A DNA stretch of 64,000 bases from Balanoglossus misakiensis (Eukaryota; Animalia; Hemichordata), in the NCBI GenBank assembly GCA_040954595.2, contig CM082583.2, forward strand, positions 6,632,849-6,696,848. The letters are read 5' to 3'. This document shows, piece by piece, positions 22,249 to 34,200 of this stretch. The stretch's first letter is position 1. Every line of letters starts with the position of its first letter. Position numbers and translations under genes: made by a program. The notes under the pieces are model-generated. The model had not been told where the DNA came from and did not search any database. It saw nothing but the letters and a program-made list of their open reading frames with translations.

Positions 22249-25200
22249 ACTCAGCCACTATAGACTGCAGTAGTTTCTTCAATGGGCGTTGTTATTTCAG
22301 TAGTAATGACCTCTGCATTATAATGTTGTGTAAAATACTAAAGCATTATAGGGAATATCAACATTGTCGACGGCTTCACCGGTCAGTTTGTTAAAATATC
22401 ATTATCAAATTTACCACTTGAAATTTACCAAAGTGAGTCATTGGACACATCGGTTCGAGTGCAAACTGCGTTCGTTGTCCAATCCTAAACCGGTGTTGAA
22501 AATACTTAAAATGGCCAAATATGACAATTAAAAGTGTTTTCTTTCTGGTCACTTGGTTTCATTCACTATCATTTCCTGAAACAACCTCTCTCAAAACACC
22601 GACAGGACTTGGAGGGTATAATACTGTTAAAGTACCACAGTAGGATTGCATGTTTAAGCGTATCACAAGTGAAAATGTAACAGTGTCTTACCTGTACTGG
22701 GCCAAACGGTTGGGGCTGAAAATATTAATTATATGAGATTTGATTAACACAGTGTTTCTCTCGCCAGTGTCTTTGGTTCCACAGGTTGAGATGTTTTAAT
22801 TCGATTGAAATATTAATGCATACTCGCGGGTAATATTCCTTCCTAAACAGGAAAAAGTAATATTTCTGTTTCAAATTATTTTGTATTAATTTGTTCCCCC
22901 AAAATATGATGGATAACTCACTCAGATCATGTATGTGCGCCCTAAATCCTGAGTTAGTACCATAACTATCAGAATAGAATGAAATCCACATGGTGTCCCC
23001 GGATGAATCAAAGGTGGGAGGATCGCTGCATCCAGAATATCTGTAGAGAACCACATTTTGTCCCGGGGTGCCTCCATTGCCGACCGACACAAAGTCACCA
23101 GATGAGAGACAGAAATCATCCCAGTGCAAAGTAAGGACTTGATATGAAGACGCCGCGTGTATTATCCATTCACATCGGGCGTTGTTCGGGTAATTGTTCG
23201 GATAATTTGGAGATTCGATATAGATATCTTCCCAGTAAGACAGGTAATGTGTATCACCACAATAATAGGCTACGAAATAAGTGGAGAATCACAGTTAAGG
23301 TTGTTTAATACGTTGAGTTATGGAAACATTATGTTTTTAGAAAACTAACCAACTCCAGTAATAGATTAGTATCTCCACATTTCAGGTTTATATGGTTAAA
23401 TTATTTATACAGTGTTGGCGTAAAAGCAACCGGTCTGATCAAATTTTATAGTACTGTGTTAAATGGCATAATTTGAAACATGTTAAATCAAAAATAAAAC
23501 TAATCAATGACTATGAACTCATGGGGACAACTCCCAGGTCCGCAAGCTTTGCTAGGGTTAATCGCCCCCCTTGCTGGTAAATGTTGTATCATTATTGTGC
23601 ATAATTAAATCGATATTAGATATTAGAATCATGCTGATCAAATCTGGGATAGAAATATAAATTTATTTGGCATACTGTACGTATTTTTTATGGATTTTTA
23701 TCGCATATAGTTACTCATGCGTTTTAAACATTTCCATTCTTGTTCATGTTACTGCCTATGTAGTTCCGTTCCAGTTTACTCTTGTACTCAACCATCTTTA
23801 CTAGTCTCGGTTACCCAGACGCCTTTGCTTCTTCCGATGCTCTCCAGAAAAGGGTCTGGGGAAATGCTTTTGAAAGCTTTGTAAAACAAAATGGCCGATG
23901 TCAGGATTTTGATCATCGCCTGATTGGCTGAGCTGTCAGTATGACCCGGGTCACTGCAATAGTTTCGACAATCGTCTACCAAAGATATTTCATATAATTT
24001 CTCCAACAATGCTAACAGAGGACGCCTTTTGCCTTTCGCATCAACCAACAAGTACCGGTCTCTTGATATGAAGATACGACAAATAATCACACATTGTCGA
24101 GAGTCAGTGACCCGGGTCATACTGACAGCTCAGCCAATCAGGCAATGATCAAAATCCTGACATCGGCCATTTTGTTTTACAAAGGTTTCAATAGCATTTC
24201 CCCAGACCCTTTTCTGGAGAGCATCGGAAGAAGCAAAGGCGTCTGGGTAACCGAGACTACTATCTTTACTGGCTTCGAAGAAATCCGTATCACGCTGCGC
24301 TGGGCTTTTTGAAACTCAGTCCGGATGCCTTGCCAGCGTCCGAGATCTCTCAGCTCAGGAGCCAACGCGTCTCTGTGAACAACAACTACAACAACTGTGG
24401 TAATAACAAAAGCAACAACAAACTTACGCGTTGTCCAGGGGTTATAGTCTTCCGTTGTTTCATCTTGAGTTGTTTCCCTTTGTGTAGTAACCTCGGTTGT
24501 TATGAAGTCTTCTGTGGTGTCTGTGAGTACAATTATACAAATGTGACATGTTAGTCTTCTAAGTGGTAACATGATCAGGACTCTGACGTTATGGAACTGT
24601 GTATACAATTGTCCACACCGTGATCCATTGAATGCTGCATAAATAGCCAACATGCATTACAGTTGCAAATCATGCGAATGAATAAACAAACGAGAATGTT
24701 AGGATTGCCTATTATACTTTTCAAACTGAATTTTGCTTGAATACTAACGTTGATCATGCCTGCAGGATTCAACCAGGGACAGCAGTGCACGGAAGCAGGA
24801 AGACACTCTTTCGACATTTTGCTGTCAGGGTTGTGGCTTATATCTCGGTATAGCAGCCGAGGAAAGCGGGCAGTTTACAGTATGAGGGTGAAATGCTCAT
24901 GGAGTGATAGTGTCATCCACGGTACATTTCTAATAACCTTGACATTATTAGTTTTGGGGGAATCTTCTTTGACCAAAATCTGAACTAGTAATTACCACTT
25001 ACCCATAGCAGTTGATGGTTCGACAGTACCTAGAAAAATGAAACATAACTGATTTGTGATTATCGGGATCATAGACGACTATCTGTTACATACGCTTATG
25101 GGATGTAGTGTTACTAGGTGGACATGATTTTGAAGCAATTATTAAGGTTTTATCCTTAATTTCTGAAGCCAGGGTCACTGGAAATATTTAGTCTATACAA

Positions 25201-28200
25201 ACAGGTATTTTAAAGTGCATATGTTGATTTTAGTATATCCGTCATTCGGGAGCAAGAGTCCAATACAGTTACAGTACCATAAAGTTATTAATAGTAAAGT
25301 TAGCACTTACTGCCACCTTGGTCGTAAACGTAGACACGGAATCCTTTTGCAGTAGCCGATTGATCAGATGAGAAGCTGATCCAAAGAATGTCACCATTAG
25401 TGTAAAAATTAGAGGGTCTGGTGCATCCTGAATGTCGGTTGGTGATCACATTTTGTCCAGGATTATTTCCATTGCCGGCCGACACGTGATCACAACAACC
25501 TTCCGTACAGAAGTCGTTCCACGACACGTACATGTAACCCCAATATACAGCAGCGTGTACAAACCATACACATCTGGCGTTGTTCGGATAATTACTCGGG
25601 TAATAAGGAGAGTCGATTCTGACACTCCCCCAGGAAGAAAGGTAATACGTTTCGCCACAAATATAGGCTAAAGAAACAAACGTAAGAAATATTCAATGAA
25701 TGGTCATAGAATTCCCGAGAAAATGGATGATTTACTTGCAGAAATGTATATCTGTTAGTTATAAAGGCATGTGCATTAGACACGTGTTGAAAGTGCGTTT
25801 TGGGTCACGTCATTCGAATATACATATAATCAATTAATGAGTATACGTTGGTACTCACGTTCAGCTGTTCCAAATTCTTTAGTTGACAATTTTTGGGTGA
25901 AACAAGAAACGAAATCTCCATTAAAATGCAAATTCTGAACAAATCTTTCGCATATCTAGTAAGAACGTGTGCTACAGTTAGCCATGTGACTGCCTTCATC
26001 GATAATGAATTACTGATATGAAAAACAATGCCATATTGCTGATTGCTTAACACTGATAACGTTTATCAACAATCTGCGTATTGAACAAGACTCATTTTAC
26101 CAAAATAGCGCCATCACACACATCGACAAAACGCCAAGCCCATTAAGCGAAGTCAATGTACATGTATTGACTGGCCTAAAGGGGCTTCTCTGCCCTTACA
26201 GTACGGTAATGAAATAATACGAAACGTATGATAAAAATAAAAATGAAACTTCTGACTAATTAAAGAAACTCTTGTGGACAAAATATCAGGTCTGCAAGCA
26301 TTGCTAGAGTTTGTAATATCAATCCTCGTGTCGAGCCCCCCCCCCCCCCCCCCTCAGTTTTGACCATACTAGACACTGCATATATGTGAAACCAAGCTGT
26401 GGCTGAGTAAACAATAAGCAACTATACTTACGCGTTGTCCAAGGATCTTCAGTTGTCACTTCTGATGCAGTAGTTGAGAGATAAAAGACGTCGGTGAAGA
26501 TAGGTGAAAGGTGGGTGGATTCAAATGGGCGGCAAATTTGCGAGTCATAATTTACGTGTTTATCATTTTGATAAATAAATGAATAAGCAACTATACTTAC
26601 GCGTTGTCCAAGGATCTTCAGTTGTCACTTCTGATGCAGTATAGGTGAGAGATAAAAGACTTCGGTGAAGATAGGTGAAAGGTGGGCGGATTCAAATGGG
26701 CGGCAAATTTGCGAGTCATAATTTACGTGTTTATCATTTTGATAAATAAATGAATAAGCAACTATACTTACGCGTTGTCCAAGGATCTTCAGTTGTCACT
26801 TCTGATGCAGTAGTTGAGAGATAAAAGACGTCGGGGAAGATAGATGAAAGGTGGGCGATTCCAATGGGCGGCAAATTTGCGAGTCATAATTTACGTGTTT
26901 ATCATTTTGATAAATAAATGAATAAGCAACTATACTTACGCGTTGTCCAAGGATCTTCAGTTGTCACTTCTGATGCAGTATAGTTGAGAGATAAAAGACT
27001 TCGGTGAAGATAGGTGAAAGGTGGGCGGATTCAAATGGGCGGCAAATTTGCGAGTCATAATTTACGTGTTTATCATTTTGATAAATAAATGAATAAGCAA
27101 CTATACTTACGCGTTGTCCAAGGATCTTCAGTTGTCACTTCTGATGCAGTAGTTGAGAGATAAAAGACGTCGGGGAAGATAGATGAAAGGTGGGCGATTC
27201 CAATGGGCGGCAAATTTGCGAGTCATAATTTACGTGTTTATCATTTTGATAAATAAATGAATAAGCAACTATACTTACGAGTTGTCCAAGGATCTTCAGT
27301 TGCCACTTCTGATGCAGTAGTTGAGAGATAAAAGACGTCGGGGAAGATAGATGAAAGGTGGGCGATTCCAATGGGCGGCAAATTTGCGAGTCATAATTTA
27401 CGTGTTTATCATTTTGATAAATAAATGAATAAGCAACTATACTTACGCGTTGTCCAAGGATCTTCAGTAACTGTTGCCACATCTGATGCAGTAGTTGAGA
27501 GATAAAAGACGTCGGGGAAGATAGATGAAAGGTGGGCGATTCCAATGGGCGGCAAATTTGCGAGTCATAATTTACGTGTTTATCATTTTGACGTTTGAAC
27601 CATCGTTTGGCACACAATGCAGAGTTTGGTATATATGTATTTGGCCAAAAATGTACACTTTGACAATATTTTAAAGTGCTTGATTTGTGCTTTGTAGTGC
27701 ATGTCAATCCTCGAATTTAGTGCCGAGTTCCCCCTCCCTGGTTTACACCATAACAGAGACAAGCCAACAATACAATGAAAGCAGACTTACGCGTTTTCCA
27801 AGGATATTCAGTGGTCACTTCTGCCGTGGTCATGCCGTCCGTGGTTCCTATATAGCAGAGGATGTCGATGAAGATAAGTAAAATGTGAGCTCCTCAAATG
27901 GGTGGTAAATGCTCCACCATTATTTCGTATACATAAACCCTACTTCTCTCAGCGTACGACAGTGATTTGTTGATGCATTTAAATTTTTGTCTCTTTCAAA
28001 CAAGTTAAGTTTCGTTTACGCTAGTTAACAACAAATAATAATGGATAAAATTGCACGTTTACCTTCTGTAACAGGCCGGTCAGTGGGAGCTGAAAATAAA
28101 ATGTCAAAATAAATCCAATAAATACACACGTTATCAGGGTTGACTTCATTGTGATCTAGGGCAGAGCTTTTAGGGTTACGCTATAGACTAAGGTTAATAG

Positions 28201-31200
28201 AAATGTTTTTTTTTCTGTCTGCAGTTTCTGAGTAAACACTAACATGGTCTGTTATAGCATTGATTCATGGTTATTACCAAATAATTGAGAATGAGTAGAA
28301 CTGGATAACAATAGAAAAAAAGTGTCCAATGTTGTGCGTTAGAATTCATAACTTACTGTCGTCCCACACATTGGCCCGGAATCCTCTATTAGAACCTGAG
28401 CTATCAGAATAGAATGAAATCCACATGCTGTCACCAGAGGAATAAAAGTCGGAAGGAATATTACATCCAGAGCGTTGATAGAGAACCACATTTTGTCCCG
28501 GGATGCCTCCATTGCCGACCGACACAAAGTCACCAGATGAGAGACAGAAATCACTCCAGTTCATGAATAGTGTTCCCCATGAACCTGCCGCGTGTATTAT
28601 CCATTCACATCGGGCGTTGTTCGGGTAATTGCTCGGATAATTTGGAGAGTCGATGTAGATATCTCCCCAAATAGATAAGTAATCCGTATAACCACAATAC
28701 ACGGCTGCAAACAAATCACACACATTTGGAAGGACAGGCCCATATTTACCCGCCCCAGCTGTGACCCTTTTATAGTCTCGCGTTAACTTCTGACCAACCG
28801 AACGAACTTTTGATAAAATGTAGATTTTTAACACGTTTTTGAATACTGCATGCACGATTTTTGATTCTGCAATTTGCGAGACAAATTTGAATGTTTGTCA
28901 TTTTGACATTTGGCCCATCATTGAGACCATATCAGACACGTGAAACCAAGCTATGCCTGAGTAAGATTTCCATATCATTAACAATAAACAGACTTACGGG
29001 TTGCCCAAGGGTCTTCAGTTGTCCATTTTTCTGTGGTCACGTCTGCTGTAGTCGCTGAAGACAAATGAAATGTGGCCTCTTAATATGGGCGATTATTTCT
29101 TCTATATAAACATCGCCTCTCTCTGCACAGTTTTTTTCTTAGAATACATACATCAATGTGTACACGTTTGTAACGTCGATCTGTTTTAGTATTAGTACTC
29201 TAAAACTCTTGTTGGTTCCCATGGTGCATTTGTAAAAGGCGTTTCTTCATTGATTGTTGTTGTTGTTGTTGTTGTTGCTGTCATGCAGGGAAAACACTAT
29301 TAATGATCCCATCATCGTTAATTATACTTATTATTAATGTAATCAGCGTTTAACGATGAATATGGGTGGTTTTCAGTAGATTTTTTAACAGTTAGGCGAG
29401 GGCAATGTGTTTATAACAAGTTCACTTAGCAAAATAGAACAACATGGTCATAGGAAGTGGAAGCTCCTCGTGACGTCACAACATGGTTCCCTATGGTAAA
29501 CTACATTATACAAAATTTGACAGTAAGAAAATGGTGAACAACTTGGTGAATAGTTTCTATGATTAATAATTACTACTGCGACTTATTTCACATTAAAGGA
29601 GCCAACGCTATATCTTTTTCATTTGAACAAGTCTAAAGTAACCGTCGACTTTAACTGGCCAAGGTTGTATTATTTAGCTCTAACTGCTCTGACAAAATTA
29701 TCAGTTTATAAGACAGTACGGTAACAGGTGATATGGACTACATATAAATCATGTTCTGCAATGTTGATATTGTCGTTGCATTGTGGATGCACAGATCTGG
29801 GGTTTGATACGCTCTGAAATATGATGTTGGTAGCACGTAGCTCAGGAAAGGTTGTCGGTCGCCCTTCTACATTTTTCACGACAAACAATGATCTGATTCA
29901 ATGATTGGGTTGGGATTTTAATCTATCGATGCTATATGCCTTGTTGTACACAACATTAGTTGCCATGTAAGAGGCCGTGACTATTAACCTGTCCGGAGAA
30001 GGGTTTTAATAGTTTACGCTCTAAATTCCTTCACCATTGATTACGGAACGCTAAATTCTACATTTTCGCGATGCCAATCTGCAAGGCGGTCCTTTTAGTT
30101 GTACTCACGTGCATACGTGTCATGCAAGACAACTCTGAACCCTCGATCCTGGACGGATTCATCCGAAACGAATCGTATCCAGACGATGTTCCCGTCGGAG
30201 AGAAAATCTTGGGGGAGCGCAGAGCCCGAATGTTTATCAATGACCACATTTTGACCCGGTATCTCGCCATTACCGGCAGACACACTGTCACAGCATTCCT
30301 GAGTTTGAAAGTCGCGCCACTCGACATAAATACGCCTCCATGAGTAAGGGGCATAGACAATCCAGTCACACCTGGCGTTATTGGGATAACTATCTTGAAA
30401 TCCTGGCGAGGTGACGACAACATTGCTCCCGCTCTTAATGTTCTCGATTGATCCGCAAACGTAAGCGGTCGCTAGAAAGAGAGGAAAAACGACAGATCAC
30501 CGCGAAATAAGTGAAACAAAAATTCAGGTGGGGGGTGCATGGCTGGCATCGCAACTCGAATCTAGCGTTCCGTAATGCATTTAATTGCGTGGTTTAAGAT
30601 GGGTCCCTAGGATCTTTTTGCTCGTTGCTATGGGCCTTTATAGGACACTACACTCAATTTTGATCGAAACCGTTATGAACGTCCGACAAGGGGCTTGTAA
30701 CTAGTTAAAAATACACACGATTGTGTGCACACCCCCTGTCTGAGTATGTTTACGGCAGCTACCGCCCGGCCATAGGCCGCCACGCTAATACGGCAAAGCA
30801 GCGGTCAGCGATAGCGTGCGCGTCCTGTAACCACAGTAACTGGATCGAACGCTAAAAATCCAATGTTTTGTACACAGAGATTTTGTACCGTTCACGAAAA
30901 TCCCTAAGGTTTTTTTCACAGGCGACGTAGGCCAGCCAAATTTGACCTGCTTGTTGAGAACGCACTTCCGCATAGTGTGACGGATCGTTTTTTCGGTTTT
31001 CGTCGTGCTAAGAAGCGATACCAGTGGAAGAGTGCGTCCAAAAACACCCAAAATCGATGACTTTTTCAGGTGTGGTACGGGTATGCTGAAATCGTAGGAT
31101 ACAACGATAATATTCGAAAACAAAATCCGTCACGATCTTCCCTGGTTCAAGCAACTAATGAATACGTATCAAGTTCGTTTTTGAGGTCACGGAATAAAAA

Positions 31201-34200
31201 GCCTTAGGCTTTTGAAATTTGACCTAACTAATTTGCATATCAATGGCGTCAGGGGGCGCGCGCTCACAATCGTGCGTATTTTTAACTAGTTACCAGCCCC
31301 TTGTTAGACTCTGAAAACGGCTTAGTCGAAATCGGGGTGTAATGTCCTATAAAGGCCCATAGCAACGGGCAAAAAGATCCTAGGGACCCATCTTAACCAT
31401 GCGTTCACTCTTGTTTTGTTTTTCATCTGTGGGATATTGATAAGGTAAAATTTCCAGATTTTAATGACGTCATATCTTCGGCCAAGACACGCTGATCAAG
31501 AAAACTGCTCTACTACCCTAACGTATATTTGATGCATATAGTTCTTAGTATCAAGTGTGCCCTCTGTTGTGTAATGTTAATATTTCTATTAGGGTAGCGA
31601 CTATATCCATTTGGTGGCACCAGAAGGCATTGACAGATGTAAATATTGGACAGTTTGAAGTTATGATAGCTATGATTGCTAGCGTCGGTTATTTGAAACA
31701 CGTATCCGAACTGTACCAGGTGGCAACCACTCCAGAGAAGATTAGATAAAAGCGTAATATCTGATCACAAAACGCAAGTGACGGCGTTACAAGGGGAATA
31801 TGTTTTGAACAGACGACCTTTTGCATCCCCTTTGTTTCTTAATAAACAGTTCCTAGCACAAATAAAAGGTCATTCATTATATCTATAAAAGTGCCCACGT
31901 CAACGAATGTGGGCTTTGAGTTTTCAAAAAACCGAGTCGTGTCGCGTAACGGCTGTGTCCACTCAATAAAATTACACCGTGGTCGAATTTATGTACACGC
32001 GTTATCTGCTAGTGTCGTGATAATTATCACGATATCTGCTCGTTATCAAAATTAAGTAGAATGCATATGAATTTATGATCTGATAGTAAATCCTACGCAG
32101 GTAGACCAGCTGAGATCATCGATATTTTGAAAAAAAGCCACTCCTACAGATTACCAGGAAGGGCGTTCGTGAAAACGTCATCGTTCGTATAACTGAACGG
32201 GTTTGATATGGAAATCATATCAAAATGTGTTTTGGTGGTTGTGATGTTGAATGTCTAGGAATTGTACTGAAATTTAATTGATTCGGCAACATTACAAAAA
32301 CAATTTCGGGCATGTCATTTTCGAGATATATCTCAGTGAATAGGTGTTCACTATAGTACATGTATAATGTAAACCGGTGGACTGTGTACAATCATAGACC
32401 CTAGCGGGTCTGTGGTACAATACGAAGACATGGAGAGCAAACAGAGTTTTTTAACTGTTAAGATGAAAGACTGACATTTACTTACCACTTTCTGTCGTTA
32501 TATCTTCAGTTTCTACGAAAATAAAAAGATAAAATCCAGTGTCAGTCCTTTGGAGGATTTAAACTCATTGCCCCGGAAGTGAACGACGCCGTGGTGACAG
32601 AAGAATCGAGTGGGAACTATTTTTAAATGACCCTTTTTCAAGAAACTGCGTGTGTGCAGACGTGTGTGAAGGTTTGAAACGTTCAAGCATGACGTTGTGT
32701 GTGGTCATATGAAGTAGACAAAGCTGCAGTCGGTCGATGACCGAGATTTCAGCCAAACGGGAATGAGTGAAAAAAAGAGAGAAGTCGACAGAATTGCACG
32801 CTCACGCGAGCAGAAGAAAGTGGTCATGTGTGAGGGCACAGCGCCACCGAGCGGACAAAATGTTGGAGACGATCAGCGCATGTGCACACTTGACAACAGC
32901 TGATCCCAAACCACAAGACACGGAGGCGGTGATGATCCGTTGGAATGACCAAAGAAATTGCCTCACCGTTGCCCTCTCTCAAATCAATTGCAAATCCTTT
33001 CATATTGTAATTGTTATCGGAGAAAAATTCGATCCAAACGCTGTTACTGGTTGAAGTAAAGGAATCTGGTGCAGTCGAGCCAGAATGAAACTCAATCACT
33101 CGTGAGCTTGCATCACCCGGGTTATCGCCGTCTCCGACGTGGATGAAATCATAGGTTGGCTCGGTTTCAAAGTCTTTGAAGTACACGTGGACTGGTCGCC
33201 CAGATTTTGTGTGAATTATCCACTCGCAATGGGCCGAATCGGGATAGTTGTTAGGATAATTTGGGGAAGTAACGCTCACGGAGACGTCGTAATCGATTGA
33301 GAAATAATACCCACAATTGATATCGTCGTCTGAAAGGAAATTATATTCACAAATGAAATCGCCAGATATCGTGGATGGAACACCATCGCTCCTTTCTATC
33401 ACGTGACCCTTGAACAATCGTTGAATACTGGGAAGTATGACCAAGAAAGCTGTGGTTACGAATTGGTCAAGATGGATTATGGCCTCGAGCCTAAATTCTA
33501 TCAATCCAACCAACTCAGGCCAAGATAACTGATTGAGAGTCATAGCTGCACTTTCTTTGGTAGGTGTGACTGTATAGTGGGTCGGGCGCATGAGACAGGA
33601 ACAGAAAGACAGGAGAAAAAATACACCATTGCGAATCTCGCAAGTTAACGCGCCATGTTCTCTATAAATGGGAGGTGCGGTATTTGAAAATGTCGCTCCT
33701 GAAATACCTCTGTTTAGTTTTTCTACAAATAAATCTAAAAGACATGGAAACTATTGAAGAGCACATCCAAAAAAATAATATTTCAAACACTGTTTGTGGG
33801 TTCCATACACATGATATAAGACCCATCGTTCAAGTACTGCACTGTTCACCGAAGTCGAGAACAGCTTCACCGCAAAAGAAACCGGACGTCGTTCTGTGTT
33901 ATAGTCAATACTTGCGTCCAGTCATTACAAAACCTTAGAGCAATCAAGGAATTCTCAATCATATGTTCAAGAAAAAGTAATACGAGATTGATATTTCCGA
34001 TAAATATATATTAGAGGATCGACAACATGTTGCTTTAGGGGGAAAAATAACTATTAAACTAGACACACCCGTTTCCACACTGATTGAATGACGTAGGTAC
34101 CTACCGTATCCCCTTGTACTATATGAAGTGTAGTACTGCGGCTGGTAAGAAACACAGGACACGTCGTCTGCTGAAGACCAACCGCTGACGTCATTCGGAA

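Larger units (their letters stand above)
18740..26230. repeat. Internal tandem duplication in gene B: two units (about 18740-22170 and 22170-26230), each linker-microexon-CUB-linker-microexon-CUB
   Basis: Introns as well as exons align, e.g. 21601-22165 with 25667-26225, 18930-19330 with 22340-22725, and 19860-20280 with 23280-23700. Confidence 0.9.

Noticed and set aside
23788-24312. Two similar ORFs on opposite strands (SDPGHTDSSANQAMIK...)
   Set aside because: They are mirror translations of the MITE terminal inverted repeats, with no transposase motifs.
27135-27707. 190-aa repetitive ORF
   Set aside because: It is an out-of-frame read-through of the 170-bp exon+intron array.
29835-29870. 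Possible extra microexon (EGRPTTFPEL) in gene B
   Set aside because: It has no polypyrimidine tract and a poor donor (GTGCTA), so it was left out of the model.
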